Shown here: piece by piece, positions 30,105-41,569 of the stretch
Layout: the number at the start of each line of letters is the position of its first letter
Numbering within the stretch: position 1 is the stretch's first letter
Assembly (NCBI GenBank): GCA_963704725.1
Contig: OY969934.1
Coordinates: 1,568,001-1,632,000 of the forward strand
Reading direction: 5' to 3'
Source of the DNA: an uncultured Actinomycetes bacterium
GTDB taxonomy: Bacteria; Actinomycetota; UBA4738; HRBIN12
Length of the DNA stretch: 64,000 nt
Position numbers and translations under genes: made by a program
The notes under the pieces: model-generated
The model's database searches: none
What the model saw: only the letters and a program-made list of their open reading frames with translations
Told to the model about the DNA's origin: nothing

Positions 30105-31208
30105 ATGGCCGGGATCCGCGACCTGTACGAGATCCTCGGCGTCGCCCACGACGCCTCGGAGGAGGACATCAAGAAGGCGTACCGGCGGCTGGCGCGCGAG
30201 CATCACCCCGACGTGAATCCGGATCCCGCAGCCGAGGAGCGCTTCAAGGAGGTCGTGGCCGCCTACGAGATCCTGTCCGATCCGCAGAAGCGCCAGCAGT
30301 ACGACGTCTACGGTCAGGGGCGAGGCCAGATGGACTTCCCCTTCGGCGACGTGGCCGACCTGTTCGAGACGTTCTTCGGCCAGGGGACGTTCGGCCGGGG
30401 GACGCGGACGAGGCGCGGGCGGACCGAGCACGGCGAGGATCTGTTCGCCGAGGTCCGCCTGTCGTTCCGGGAGGCGGTGTTCGGCGTTCGGCGCGACGTC
30501 CCCGTGGCTCGGATGGAACCGTGCGACCGATGCTCGGGAACGGGCGCCGAGCCCGGGACCGCGCCGCAGCGCTGCCGGACCTGCGGAGGGACGGGGCAGG
30601 TGCAGGACGTCCGCCGGAGCATCTTCGGCACGGTCATGACGGCGCACGCGTGCTCGGCCTGCCGGGGAACCGGAGAGGAGATCCTGACGCCGTGCGAGCG
30701 GTGCGCCGGGCGCGGGCGCGTGGCCTCCCAGACTACGGTGGCCGTCGACGTGCCCGCCGGGGTGTCGGACGGGCTCGATCTCCGCATCGCCGGCGCCGGC
30801 CACTCGGGCCGCGCGGGCGGCAGCCGCGGTGACCTGTACCTCTCGATCGCGGTCGAGGAGGACCCCGTCTTCGAGCGGCGCGGCACGGACCTGTTCGCGG
30901 TCCTCGAGGTTCCGATGACCCAGGCCGCCCTCGGAGCGGAGGTCGAGTTCGAGACGCTCGACGGCCAGGAGCGGGTCGAGGTCGAGCCGGGCACCCCGTC
31001 CGGCACGACCCACCGGCTCCGGGGCCAGGGCGTGCCCAACATCGGGCGGCGGGGGCGGGGCGACCTGTTCCTCACGATCCAGGTCGTCACGCCGACGCCG
31101 GGCTCGAAGGAGGAACGCCGCCTCCTCGAGCAGCTCGCGGGGCTGCGGGGCGAGCCGGCCGGCAAGCGAGCCACGGCGAAGGCGGAGCTCCGGAGGCGGC
31201 GCGGATGA
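30105..31208 (+). CDS. dnaJ: Chaperone DnaJ
   Basis: J-domain HPD, four CxxCxGxG repeats. Confidence 0.97.
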   Translation: MAGIRDLYEILGVAHDASEEDIKKAYRRLAREHHPDVNPDPAAEERFKEVVAAYEILSDPQKRQQYDVYGQGRGQMDFPFGDVADLFETFFGQGTFGRGTRTRRGRTEHGEDLFAEVRLSFREAVFGVRRDVPVARMEPCDRCSGTGAEPGTAPQRCRTCGGTGQVQDVRRSIFGTVMTAHACSACRGTGEEILTPCERCAGRGRVASQTTVAVDVPAGVSDGLDLRIAGAGHSGRAGGSRGDLYLSIAVEEDPVFERRGTDLFAVLEVPMTQAALGAEVEFETLDGQERVEVEPGTPSGTTHRLRGQGVPNIGRRGRGDLFLTIQVVTPTPGSKEERRLLEQLAGLRGEPAGKRATAKAELRRRRG

Positions 31209-31552
31209 GCAGCAGCTGCCTGTTCTGCCGGATCGTCGCCGGTGAGGAGCCCGCGGACGTCCTTTACGAGACCGAGACCGTGCTGGCCTTCCGCGACATC
31301 CGGCCGCAGGCGCCGGTGCACGTTCTGCTGATCCCCAAGGAGCACGTCGTCTCGGCGGCGGACGTGCAGGAGCGGCACGGCGCCGTCCTCGCCGACCTCC
31401 TCCAGGCGGCGCAGCAGGTCGCGCGGGCGGAGCGGGTCGCCGAGCGGGGTTGGCGCCTGGTCACCAACATCGGCCGCGAGGGCGGGCAGCACGTGTTCCA
31501 CCTGCATCTCCACCTGCTCGGCGGACGCGCGATGGGGTGGCCTCCCGGTTGA
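31205..31552 (+). CDS. Histidine triad nucleotide-binding protein
   Basis: [19 protein letters not shown]. Confidence 0.95.
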   Translation: MSSSCLFCRIVAGEEPADVLYETETVLAFRDIRPQAPVHVLLIPKEHVVSAADVQERHGAVLADLLQAAQQVARAERVAERGWRLVTNIGREGGQHVFHLHLHLLGGRAMGWPPG

Positions 31553-31686
31553 GCGGGCGGCGATCGAAGGGGAACGCTGGGAGCGGCCTCCCGGCCCGGG
31601 GTAGAATCCAGGATCGGGTTGGGAACGTCGGTCGACGTCCCGATCACCAACGAGGAGGAGCGGGGGGACCACCCCAAGACCAACGT

Positions 31687-32659
<973 letters not shown>

Positions 32660-32667
<8 letters not shown>

Positions 32668-33103
32668 CGCCGACCATACCCCGCGCATCCTCGTGGACGA
32701 CCGGCAGAGCTCGGCGCTCGACGTAGAGGGACTGGTGGCGCTCGCCCGCGAGGTCCTGATCGGCGAGGGTGCGTCGAACGCGGAGCTCTCTGTGTCCTTC
32801 GTGGCCGAGGACGAGATCGCCGACCTGCACGAGCGCTACATGGGCGAGCCCGGGCCGACCGACGTGCTCTCGTTCCCGCTCGACGAGGACGACACGGACG
32901 AGGACGGCGTCCGGATCCTCGGCGACGTCGTGATCGCCCCGGCCGTCGCTGCGCGCGACAACCCGGACGACCCGGCGGCCGAGCTGCGGCTCCTGATCGC
33001 CCACGGGATCCTCCATCTGCTCGGCCATGACCACGCGGAGGGCACCGCGAAGGCCGAGATGTGGGCCCGGCAGGAGCGCTACACGGGGGTGCGGGTGCCG
33101 TGA
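32660..33103 (+). CDS. ybeY: rRNA maturation RNase YbeY
   Basis: PTDVLSFP, HGILHLLGHDH. Confidence 0.96.
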
Positions 33104-34389
33104 AGGCGACCGACTGGTTCGAGATCGGCGTCGTCGCCGTGCTGATCCTGGTGGTCGGCCTGCTGGGCGCCGCCGAGGTGGCCATCACCCGGACGAACCG
33201 CGTGCGCGCGTATCGGTTCCAGGAGGAGAAGCTGCGCGGATCGATCTCGCTGGTCAAGATCACGGACAGCCCGGCGGCGTATCTGAACGTCGTCCTCTTG
33301 CTGGTCCTCCTCTCGCAGATTGGCGGCACGACGATCGCCACCTCGCTCGCGGTCCGGGCGTTCGGCGGAGCGGGCGAGATCGTCGCTACCGTGACCCTGA
33401 CGATTCTGCTGTTTGTGTTCGCCGAGGTCACGCCGAAGACGTTCGCGATCCAGCAGACCGACCGCGTCGCGCTGTTCCTGGCGCCGCTGATCGTCGGTCT
33501 CGGCCGGCTGTTCGGGCCGGTCGCGAAGGCGCTGGTCAAGATCGCGAACCTGGTGATGCCGGGTAAGGGCCTGCCCGAGGGCCCTTTCATCACGGAGCAC
33601 GAGCTCAAGGCGCTCGCCGAGGTCGCGTCCGACGAGTCGCAGATCGAGGAGGAGGAGAAGGAGCTGATCCACTCGATCTTCGAGTTCGGCGACACGATCG
33701 TGCGTGAGGTCATGGTGCCGAGGCCGGACGTCGTCGCGATCGAATCGGACAAGTCGCTGCGCGACGTCGAGGAGATCGTGCTCGAGCACGGCTACTCCCG
33801 GATCCCGGTGTTCACCGACGACCTCGACGACGTGCTCGGCATCGTCTACGCCAAGGACGTGCTGAAGGCCATCTTCCAGGGCAAGGCGGACGCGCCGCTC
33901 CGCGACGTGGTGCGCGATGCCCATTTCGTGCCGGAGTCGAAGAAGGTCGCCGACCTCCTGCGCGAGATGCAGCAGGAGAAGTTCCACATCTCGATGGTGA
34001 CCGACGAGTACGGGAGCACCTCGGGGCTGGTCACGCTGGAGGACCTGCTCGAGGAGCTCGTCGGCGAGATCACCGACGAGTACGACACGGAGCAGCCGGA
34101 GCTCGAGGAGGTCGCCGAGGGGGTCTACCGCGTCGACGGCAAGATGGGGATCGGCGAGGTCAACGAGATCCTCGACGTCGAGCTGCCGGACGAGGAGTGG
34201 GACACGGTTGGCGGGCTCATGCTCGACCTGATGGGATCGATCCCCGGCGAGGGGGAGGAGGTCGCCTTCAAGAACCTGTCCTTCACGGCGGAGAAGGTGA
34301 ACGGGCGGCGCATCGTCAGGATCCTCATCCGCCGCCGCGAGGAAGAGGACGCCGAGGAGCCGACCGACACCGGCGCGAACACGCCGTGA
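33100..34389 (+). CDS. CNNM/CBS/CorC (hemolysin-family) Mg/Co transporter
   Basis: TM domain with EVTPK, CBS pair (VREVMVPR, DEYG, LEDLLEELVGEITDEYD). Confidence 0.93.
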   Translation: MKATDWFEIGVVAVLILVVGLLGAAEVAITRTNRVRAYRFQEEKLRGSISLVKITDSPAAYLNVVLLLVLLSQIGGTTIATSLAVRAFGGAGEIVATVTLTILLFVFAEVTPKTFAIQQTDRVALFLAPLIVGLGRLFGPVAKALVKIANLVMPGKGLPEGPFITEHELKALAEVASDESQIEEEEKELIHSIFEFGDTIVREVMVPRPDVVAIESDKSLRDVEEIVLEHGYSRIPVFTDDLDDVLGIVYAKDVLKAIFQGKADAPLRDVVRDAHFVPESKKVADLLREMQQEKFHISMVTDEYGSTSGLVTLEDLLEELVGEITDEYDTEQPELEEVAEGVYRVDGKMGIGEVNEILDVELPDEEWDTVGGLMLDLMGSIPGEGEEVAFKNLSFTAEKVNGRRIVRILIRRREEEDAEEPTDTGANTP

Positions 34390-34793
34390 CGGTGTCCCCG
34401 GAGACCGTCGAGGAGCTCGTCGCCGCCGCGCAGAGGGCGAGGGAGCGCTCGTACGCTCCCTACTCGCGGTTCCGCGTCGGCGCGGCCGTGCTCGCCGGCG
34501 GCGAGGTCTTCCTCGGCGCGAACATCGAGAACGCCTCGTACCCGCTCTCGGTCTGCGCCGAGCGCAACGCGGTCGCGGCGGCCGTCATGGGCGGGAAGAC
34601 CGCGATCGAGGCCGTGGCGGTGGTGGCCGACGCCGAGGACCCTACCCCGCCGTGTGGAGGGTGCCGGCAGGTGCTGAACGAGTTCGGGCCCCAGATGCTC
34701 GTCGTCTGCCAGGGCGAGAGCGGGCGTCGGTCGGAGTGGACGCTGTCGGAGATCCTGCCGCACGGGTTCGGGCCCGCCAACCTGCCGGCGTGA
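34386..34793 (+). CDS. cdd: Cytidine deaminase
   Basis: YAPYSRFRVGAA, NIENASY, CAE, PCGGCRQ. Confidence 0.96.
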   Translation: MTVSPETVEELVAAAQRARERSYAPYSRFRVGAAVLAGGEVFLGANIENASYPLSVCAERNAVAAAVMGGKTAIEAVAVVADAEDPTPPCGGCRQVLNEFGPQMLVVCQGESGRRSEWTLSEILPHGFGPANLPA

Positions 34794-35671
34794 GCTTCCG
34801 GAGCGGCTTCGTCGCCGTCGTCGGCCGCCCCAACGTCGGCAAGTCCACCCTCGTCAACGCGCTGGTCCGCCGGAAGGTGGCGATCGTCTCCGACAAGCCG
34901 CAGACCACCCGCCGCGACATCCGGGCGGTCCTGACCACCGACGAGTACCAGATCGTGTTCACCGACACCCCCGGGTTCCACAAGCCGCGCACCCTCCTCG
35001 GGACCCGGCTGAACGACCTCGTCGGGGAGGCCACGCATGGCGTCGACGCCGTCGTCCTAGTGGTCGACGCCGCCGACGGCGTCGGCCGGGGCGACGCGTT
35101 CGTGTACGAGCGGCAGGCGCGGTCGTTCGCGGGGACGCGGATCTGCGCCGTCAACAAGCTCGACGTGATCCGGGGCCGCGAGGAGGTCCCGCAGCTCCAG
35201 GCCGCCGCGGACCTGGGGGAGTGGGACGAGGTGGTCCCGGTCGCGGCCAAGACCGGGCGCGGGGTCGACCTGCTCCGGGACCTCCTGGTCCGGCGGCTGC
35301 CCGAGGGGCCGGCCTACTACGCGGCCGACGAGGACGCGGACCAGCCGCTCGAGGTCCGGCTCTCGGAGATCGTCCGCGAGAAGGCGCTCGCGGTGACCCG
35401 GCAGGAGGTCCCGCACTCGATCGCGGTCGTGGTCGAGGAGGTCGAGCGGGAGGACGCGCTGACCACCGTGCGCGCGTTCCTCATCGTCGAGCGCGACTCC
35501 CAGAAGGGCATCGTGATCGGCAAGGGCGGCTCCACGCTGAAGACGATCGGCTCGCGGGCCCGGGCGGAGATGGAGCTCGTCCTGGGCGAGAAGGTCTTCC
35601 TCGACCTCCGGGTCAAGGTGCTGAAGGAGTGGCAACGCGACCCGAAGGCGCTCCAGCGCTTGGGGTTCTGA
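34790..35671 (+). CDS. era: GTPase Era
   Basis: GRPNVGKSTL, PQTTR, DTPG, KH domain IVIGKGG. Confidence 0.97.
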   Translation: MSFRSGFVAVVGRPNVGKSTLVNALVRRKVAIVSDKPQTTRRDIRAVLTTDEYQIVFTDTPGFHKPRTLLGTRLNDLVGEATHGVDAVVLVVDAADGVGRGDAFVYERQARSFAGTRICAVNKLDVIRGREEVPQLQAAADLGEWDEVVPVAAKTGRGVDLLRDLLVRRLPEGPAYYAADEDADQPLEVRLSEIVREKALAVTRQEVPHSIAVVVEEVEREDALTTVRAFLIVERDSQKGIVIGKGGSTLKTIGSRARAEMELVLGEKVFLDLRVKVLKEWQRDPKALQRLGF

Positions 35672-35673
35672 CG

Positions 35674-36057
35674 CTAGGGCGTGATCGTGATCTCGCCGGT
35701 CATGTTCGGCAGGTGGTACCTGCAGATCAGTTCATAGGTGCCTGGCTGCAGCCGGCCGGCCGGAGGATCCAGCCGCAGGGTCTCGCCGGCTTCGACATCG
35801 ATGTCGATCGGTGTTCCCTCGATCGTGAAGCTGTGGACCGTGCCGTCCTCGTTGACCAGGGTGAGACTCTGCGACGCGCTGGCTGTGAAACAGGACGGCT
35901 GGAACTCCAGGCCCGACATCCGGACGGTGAACGAGTCTCCCCGGGTGCTGAGATCCACGCAGTCCGAGGTGGCGGAGCCGCCGTCCCCCGAGTTGCTCCC
36001 GCACGCGGTGGATGAAAGGAGGAGCGCGGCGACCACGACGAGGGCGAGCTTGCGCAT
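35674..36057 (-). CDS. Cupredoxin (type 1 copper) lipoprotein
   Basis: Lipobox-like STAC; HSFT...CRYHLPNM copper ligands; GGAGG RBS. Confidence 0.85.
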   Translation of the reverse strand: MRKLALVVVAALLLSSTACGSNSGDGGSATSDCVDLSTRGDSFTVRMSGLEFQPSCFTASASQSLTLVNEDGTVHSFTIEGTPIDIDVEAGETLRLDPPAGRLQPGTYELICRYHLPNMTGEITITP

Positions 36058-36145
36058 GCTGTGGTGCCTCCTAGGGGTTGCGGGCGGGAACAGGATAGCC
36101 AGGGGTGCCCGAGGAGCCCCTCGGTCGGGCTACCATGACGTTCCT

Positions 36146-37105
36146 ATGTCCCAGGCAGCCGAGATCGACCGCAGCCACCCCGACCTCGTTCGGTATGCCC
36201 CCAAGGACGCCGCGCGCCTCGTCCATCGGGTCACGCCGGTGGACGCCGTGGGCCTGGAGGACCGGGCCGGCGGGCTCGCGAAGCGCTCCATCAAGAAGGC
36301 CTCGAAGCTCTGGGCGCTCGACCTGGCGATCCGGTGCATGGACCTCACCACGCTCGAGGGCGTCGACACGCCCGGGAAGATCCTGGCGATGTGCGGCAAG
36401 GCGGTCCGGCCCGACCCGCTCGACCCGACGATCCCGCCCGTGGCGGCCGTGTGCCTCTACCCGCAGCTCGTGCCGATCGCCGCGAAGGAGCTGCGCGGGA
36501 CCGGCGTCCGAGTCGCGAGCGTCGCGGGGTCGTTCCCCGGCGGGCTCGGCCCGATCGACTCCCGCCTCGCCGAGATCCGGACGGCCATCGAGCAGGGCGC
36601 GGACGAGGTCGACATCGTGCTGAACCGCTCCCAGTTCCTGGCCGGCCGCTACGCCCAGGCGTTCGAGGAGCTCGCCGCGGCGCGCGAGGCCGCGGGCAGC
36701 ACGCACCTGAAGGTGATCCTCGAGGCGGGCGAGCTCGGCTCGTACGACCGGGTGCGGCAGGCCAGCGTCCTGGCGATGGCCGCGGGCGCGGACTTCATCA
36801 AGACCTCGACCGGCAAGATCGGGACGGGCGCCACGCTGCCGAACGCGCTGTGCATGATGGAGGCCGCCCGCGACTTCTTCGCCGAGACCGGCCATCGCGT
36901 GGGCGTCAAGGTCGCCGGAGGCGTCCGCGCCTCCAAGCAGGCGATCCAGTACCTCGTCCTGGTCTACGAGACGCTCGGCGCCGAGTGGATGACGCCCGAG
37001 CTCTTCCGGATCGGCGCGTCGTCGCTGCTGAACGACGTGCTGATGCAGATCAACAAGGAGCGGACCGGCCGCTACCAGGGACCGGACTACTTCACGATCG
37101 ACTGA
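36146..37105 (+). CDS. deoC: Deoxyribose-phosphate aldolase
   Basis: DLTTLEG, LKVILE, ADFIKTSTGK, KVAGG, FRIGASSLL. Confidence 0.95.
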   Translation: MSQAAEIDRSHPDLVRYAPKDAARLVHRVTPVDAVGLEDRAGGLAKRSIKKASKLWALDLAIRCMDLTTLEGVDTPGKILAMCGKAVRPDPLDPTIPPVAAVCLYPQLVPIAAKELRGTGVRVASVAGSFPGGLGPIDSRLAEIRTAIEQGADEVDIVLNRSQFLAGRYAQAFEELAAAREAAGSTHLKVILEAGELGSYDRVRQASVLAMAAGADFIKTSTGKIGTGATLPNALCMMEAARDFFAETGHRVGVKVAGGVRASKQAIQYLVLVYETLGAEWMTPELFRIGASSLLNDVLMQINKERTGRYQGPDYFTID

Positions 37106-37112
37106 GGATGCG

Positions 37113-38609
37113 ATGAGCGAGATCGAGCGCACGACGACGCAGCTGCCCGAGAAGGCCGTGCCGTGGGAGTACGCGCCCGCGCCCGAGAGCAGGGAGATCG
37201 TCCGGCTGCGAGATCGGTACGACCTGTTCGTGGACGGCCGGTCGATCGAGCCGAAGACCGGGAAGTACTTCGAGACGATCGATCCCGCGCACGAGGAGCC
37301 GCTCGCCGAGGTCGCCGAGGCCGGCGAGGAGGACGTCGACCTGGCCGCGAGAGCCGCCCGTGAGGCGTGGGAGACCCGGTGGCGCGACCTCCCGGGCAAG
37401 GAGCGGGCGAAGTACCTCTATCGGATCGCGCGCGCGCTCCAGGAGCGCTCGCGGGAGTTCGCGGTACTCGAGACCATGAACAACGGCAAGCCGATCAAGG
37501 AGTCCCGCGACGTCGACGTGCCGCTGGCCGCCGCGCACTTCTTCTACTACGCGGGATGGGCGGACAAGCTCGAGTACGCGTTCCCCGGGCGGTCGCCGCG
37601 GCCGCTCGGCGTCGCGGCGCAGATCACGCCGTGGAACTTCCCCCTGCTGATGTGCGCGTGGAAGCTCGCGCCGGCGCTCGCCACCGGGAACACGGCGATC
37701 CTGAAGCCGGCGTCGACCACACCGCTCACCGCGCTCCTGCTCGCCGAGGTGATGGAGCAGGCGGACCTGCCGCCCGGCGTGGTGAACGTGATCACCGGCC
37801 CCGGCGGCCGGACCGGAGGCTGGCTCGCCGCGCATCCGGACATCGCCAAGATCGCGTTCACGGGCTCCACCGAGATCGGCAAGGTCCTGCGGCGCAACGT
37901 CGCCGGGACGGGCAAGCACCTCACGCTCGAGCTCGGGGGCAAGGCGGCGAACATCATCTTCGAGGACGCCCCGATCGACCAGGCGGTCGAGGGCATCGTG
38001 AACGGCATCTTCTTCAACCAGGGCGAGGTCTGCTGCGCCGGCTCCCGCCTGTTCGTCCAGGAGTCGGTGTCCGAGCTCGTCGTGGAGAAGCTGAAGTCGC
38101 GCCTTTCCACCCTGCGTGTCGGCGACCCGCTCGACAAGAACACCGACGTGGGCGCGATCAACAACCGGGCCCAGCTCGAGAAGATCCAGGAGCTGGTCCA
38201 GAGCGGCCTCGACGAGGGCGCCGAGATCTTCCAGCCCGACTGCGTCCTGCCCGAGCGCGGGTTCTGGTTCCGGCCGACGCTGTTCACGAACGTCTCGCAG
38301 TCGCACCGCATCGCACGCGAGGAGATCTTCGGTCCGGTGCTGTCGATCCTGACCTTCCGCACGCCGGACGAGGCCGTCGAGAAGGCGAACAACACCGAGT
38401 ACGGCCTGTCGGCCGGGATCTGGACCGACAAGGGGTCGCGGATCCTGTGGATGGCCCAGCGCATGAAGGCCGGGGTCGTGTGGGCGAACACGTTCAACCG
38501 CTTCGACCCGTCGTCGCCGTTCGGCGGCTACAAGGAGAGCGGCTTCGGGCGCGAGGGTGGCCGGCACGGGCTCGAGCCCTACCTCGACCTGGACGGGGAC
38601 GCGGCATGA
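37113..38609 (+). CDS. Aldehyde dehydrogenase (catalytic subunit)
   Basis: PWNFP, FTGST, LELGGK, GEVCCAG catalytic Cys, EEIFGPV. Confidence 0.95.
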   Translation: MSEIERTTTQLPEKAVPWEYAPAPESREIVRLRDRYDLFVDGRSIEPKTGKYFETIDPAHEEPLAEVAEAGEEDVDLAARAAREAWETRWRDLPGKERAKYLYRIARALQERSREFAVLETMNNGKPIKESRDVDVPLAAAHFFYYAGWADKLEYAFPGRSPRPLGVAAQITPWNFPLLMCAWKLAPALATGNTAILKPASTTPLTALLLAEVMEQADLPPGVVNVITGPGGRTGGWLAAHPDIAKIAFTGSTEIGKVLRRNVAGTGKHLTLELGGKAANIIFEDAPIDQAVEGIVNGIFFNQGEVCCAGSRLFVQESVSELVVEKLKSRLSTLRVGDPLDKNTDVGAINNRAQLEKIQELVQSGLDEGAEIFQPDCVLPERGFWFRPTLFTNVSQSHRIAREEIFGPVLSILTFRTPDEAVEKANNTEYGLSAGIWTDKGSRILWMAQRMKAGVVWANTFNRFDPSSPFGGYKESGFGREGGRHGLEPYLDLDGDAA

Positions 38610-39466
38610 GCGACACTCGGGTCCCCGTCCGACGCACGGCGAAGCTGTACATCGGCGGTGAGTTCCCGCGCAGCGAGTCGGGGCGGGCGTACGAGGTGTT
38701 CTCGCACGACGGCCGGCTGCTGGCCTGGGCGGCGCGAGCCTCCCGCAAGGACCTGCGCGACGCGGTGCGGGCCGCCCGATCCGCCCAACCCGCCTGGGGA
38801 GGCAAGACGGCCTCCAACCGCGGGCAGATCCTGTACCGGGTGGCCGAGCTCATGGAGGGGCGCCGAGTGCAGTTCGAGGCGGAGCTGGCCGACGCCGGCG
38901 CGACGGACCCCCGTCGCGGCGTCGACGCCGCGATCGACCGGTGGGTCTGGTACGCGGGATGGGCCGACAAGATCGGCCAGGTGCTCGGCGGCACCAACCC
39001 CGTCGCCGGTCCCTACTTCAACTTCACGATCCCCGAGCCCACCGGCGTCGTCGGGATCGTGGCGCCTCCGGACCAGGCCCTGCTCGGCCTCGTCTCGCGA
39101 CTGGCCCCTGCCATCGTGAGCGGGAACACGGTGGTCGTGCTCGCCAGCGAGAAGACCCCGCTCCCGGCGGTCTCGCTCGGGGAGGTCCTGGCCACCTCGG
39201 ACGTCCCGGGCGGCGTCGTGAACGTCCTGACCGGCCTCACCACCGAGCTGGTGCCGTGGCTCGCCGGGCACATGGACGTGAACGCGATCGACGTGACCGG
39301 CGTGCCCGAGGACCTCGCTGTTGAGGTGGAGAACCTCGCCACCGAGAACATGAAGCGGGTGGCCCGAGCGCGCGCCGTCGACCCGTTCAGCGCTGAAGCG
39401 CAGAGCCCCTACGACATCACGGCGCTCATGGAGTTCAAGACCGTCTGGCATCCGATCGGCGCCTGA
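38606..39466 (+). CDS. Truncated aldehyde-dehydrogenase-like protein (Rossmann domain only)
   Basis: ALDH N-domain motifs but no ELGGK or catalytic Cys; ends KTVWHPIGA. Confidence 0.85.
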   Translation: MSDTRVPVRRTAKLYIGGEFPRSESGRAYEVFSHDGRLLAWAARASRKDLRDAVRAARSAQPAWGGKTASNRGQILYRVAELMEGRRVQFEAELADAGATDPRRGVDAAIDRWVWYAGWADKIGQVLGGTNPVAGPYFNFTIPEPTGVVGIVAPPDQALLGLVSRLAPAIVSGNTVVVLASEKTPLPAVSLGEVLATSDVPGGVVNVLTGLTTELVPWLAGHMDVNAIDVTGVPEDLAVEVENLATENMKRVARARAVDPFSAEAQSPYDITALMEFKTVWHPIGA

Positions 39467-39473
39467 AGGCGAC

Positions 39474-39983
39474 TCAGGCGCATCCGGGCCGGACGACGGG
39501 TCCCGGGAGTCTGACCAGCTCGATCTCCAACCCTCTCGCGCTCCGGTAGACGGCGGTGTCGAAGGCGATGAGCGCGATCGCGCCCTCGTCCTCGTTGAAG
39601 AAGGCATCGGGCGGCTCGCCGTCTCCCGGATCGATGGGGCGCCAGAAGCTCCCGTCGAAGTCGGTGAGGAAGCTCAGGCCGCAGTGCCCGGTGTTGAACT
39701 GGTAGGCCTGGCTGGGGGTCACGCGTCCCGATCGCGGCCAATACCGGTCGCCCCGCTCGTTGCTGACGAACTCCGTGCGGGACTCCGCCCGAGTGGGCGG
39801 GGGGAGACCATCGGGATGGGACCAGTCGATCGCGGCGGCCAACGGGCCCACCTCCTGCCGCCGGGGCTCGCCGCCGCCCGTGAGCCAGATCCCGGCGCCC
39901 ACCCCGAGGGCGACGGCGACGAGGAGGACGGCCACCGCGCGCTCGACGGCCATCCGACGCTCCGCGCTCACGCCCACGGGCAC
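39474..39983 (-). CDS. Hypothetical membrane-anchored protein
   Basis: N-terminal TM; HCG...DFDGSFW extracellular domain; start uncertain. Confidence 0.6.
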   Translation of the reverse strand: MPVGVSAERRMAVERAVAVLLVAVALGVGAGIWLTGGGEPRRQEVGPLAAAIDWSHPDGLPPPTRAESRTEFVSNERGDRYWPRSGRVTPSQAYQFNTGHCGLSFLTDFDGSFWRPIDPGDGEPPDAFFNEDEGAIALIAFDTAVYRSARGLEIELVRLPGPVVRPGCA

Positions 39984-40082
39984 ATGATGCCGCGGCCCGC
40001 CCCGGGTCGTCCTGCGCCGATGTCACGACTTCGCAACGTCGCTTCACGGGGCCGCGACGGGTCGGAGGCTACGATTCCGGCG

Positions 40083-40823
40083 ATGCCCCTCTACAAGGAA
40101 CAGGGCGTCGTCCTGCGCTCGAGCAAGCTGGGCGAGGCCGACAAGATCGTCACGGTGATGACCCAGGGCTCGGGCAAGGTCCGCGCCGTGGCCAAGGGGA
40201 TCCGCAAGACCCACTCGAGGTTCGGAGCCCGCCTGGAGCCATTCACGCACGTGTCCCTCATGGTGTACCGGGGTAGGGGCTCCCTCGACACCGTGAGCCA
40301 GGCCGAGATCCTGGCGCCCTTCCCGGCGCTGCGGCGGGATCTGGGGCTTTTCGCGGCCGGGGAGACGATGCTCGAGGCGGTCGACAAGGTGGCGGAGGAG
40401 CACGAGCGCAACGTGCGCCTGTTCATGCTGCTGCTCACCGGGCTTCGGGCGCTGGACGCCGGTCCGGCCGACGGCGCCGCGGTGGCCGAGTCGTTCCTGC
40501 TCAAGCTGCTGTCGCTCTCCGGCTTCCACCCCAACCTGCTGAACTGCGCGGTGTGCGGCCGACCCGACCCCGAGCGGTTCGCGAGCAGCCAAGGGGGGGC
40601 CGTGTGCCAGGACGACGCCGAGTTCGACGCCGGATGGGCTTCTGCGGAGGCCCTGGGGCACCTCGCCGCGCTCGGGAGCACAGGGCTGCTCGAGTCGGGG
40701 CAGATCTCGACCGATACGACGGTGAGGCGCGAATCGCGCGCCCTGCTGTTCGGATTCGCCGAGTACCACCTGGAGCGACGCATGAAGAGCCTGCCCATCC
40801 TGGCCCGGAGCCTGGTTCCGTGA
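40083..40823 (+). CDS. recO: DNA repair protein RecO
   Basis: KLGEADKIV, AVAKGIRK..SRFGARLEPF, CAVCG zinc motif. Confidence 0.95.
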   Translation: MPLYKEQGVVLRSSKLGEADKIVTVMTQGSGKVRAVAKGIRKTHSRFGARLEPFTHVSLMVYRGRGSLDTVSQAEILAPFPALRRDLGLFAAGETMLEAVDKVAEEHERNVRLFMLLLTGLRALDAGPADGAAVAESFLLKLLSLSGFHPNLLNCAVCGRPDPERFASSQGGAVCQDDAEFDAGWASAEALGHLAALGSTGLLESGQISTDTTVRRESRALLFGFAEYHLERRMKSLPILARSLVP

Positions 40824-41569
40824 GCTCCTACCTCGACGACCTCGACCGCGAGCGTCTGCCCCAGCACGTCGGCATCGTCATGGACGGCAACGGCCGGTGG
40901 GCCAAGCTCCGCGGCCTGGCCCGGACGGAGGGACACGCCGCCGGGGAGGAGGCCATGTGGGACACGGTGGTCGGCGCGAACGACCTCGGCCTGGGGTGGC
41001 TCACGGTCTACGCCTTCTCCACCGAGAACTGGAACCGCCCCAAGGCCGAGGTCGCCTACCTCATGGGGTTCAACCGGCGGCTCCTCCGCCGCCGTCGCGA
41101 CGAGCTCAACCGGATGAACGTCCGCGTGCGCTGGATGGGCCGGCGAGACTGGCGAGTCCCTCGCCCGGTCCTCAAGGACATGCGCGAGGCCGAGGAGCTG
41201 ACGCGGGGCAACACCGGTATGACCCTGACGATCGCGTTCAACTACGGGGGCAGGGTCGAGATCGCCGACGCCGTCAAGCGGCTCCTCGAGGACCACGACG
41301 CCGGCCGCCTGAAGGGCGAGAAGATCACGCCCGAGTCGGTCTCGCGCCGCATGTATCACCCGGACATGCCGGATCCGGACCTCATCATCCGCACCAGCGG
41401 CGAAGAGCGGATCAGCAACTTCCTGCTCTGGCAGGCCGCGTACAGCGAGTTCTACTTCACCCCGGTGTACTGGCCCGACTTCGACCGCGAGCATCTGTAC
41501 GAGGCGATCCGGGACTTTCAGAAGCGCTCCCGGCGCTTCGGGGCCGTCGCCGAGAACGACTCGGACTAA
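40820..41569 (+). CDS. uppS: Polyprenyl diphosphate synthase
   Basis: HVGIVMDGNGRWA, YAFSTENW, NYGGR, IRTSGEERISNFLLWQ. Confidence 0.96.
   Translation: MSSYLDDLDRERLPQHVGIVMDGNGRWAKLRGLARTEGHAAGEEAMWDTVVGANDLGLGWLTVYAFSTENWNRPKAEVAYLMGFNRRLLRRRRDELNRMNVRVRWMGRRDWRVPRPVLKDMREAEELTRGNTGMTLTIAFNYGGRVEIADAVKRLLEDHDAGRLKGEKITPESVSRRMYHPDMPDPDLIIRTSGEERISNFLLWQAAYSEFYFTPVYWPDFDREHLYEAIRDFQKRSRRFGAVAENDSD

Noticed and set aside
38606-39466. Aldehyde dehydrogenase pseudogene
   Set aside because: Clean coupled ORF with an intact C-terminal motif; fits a non-catalytic ALDH16-like partner
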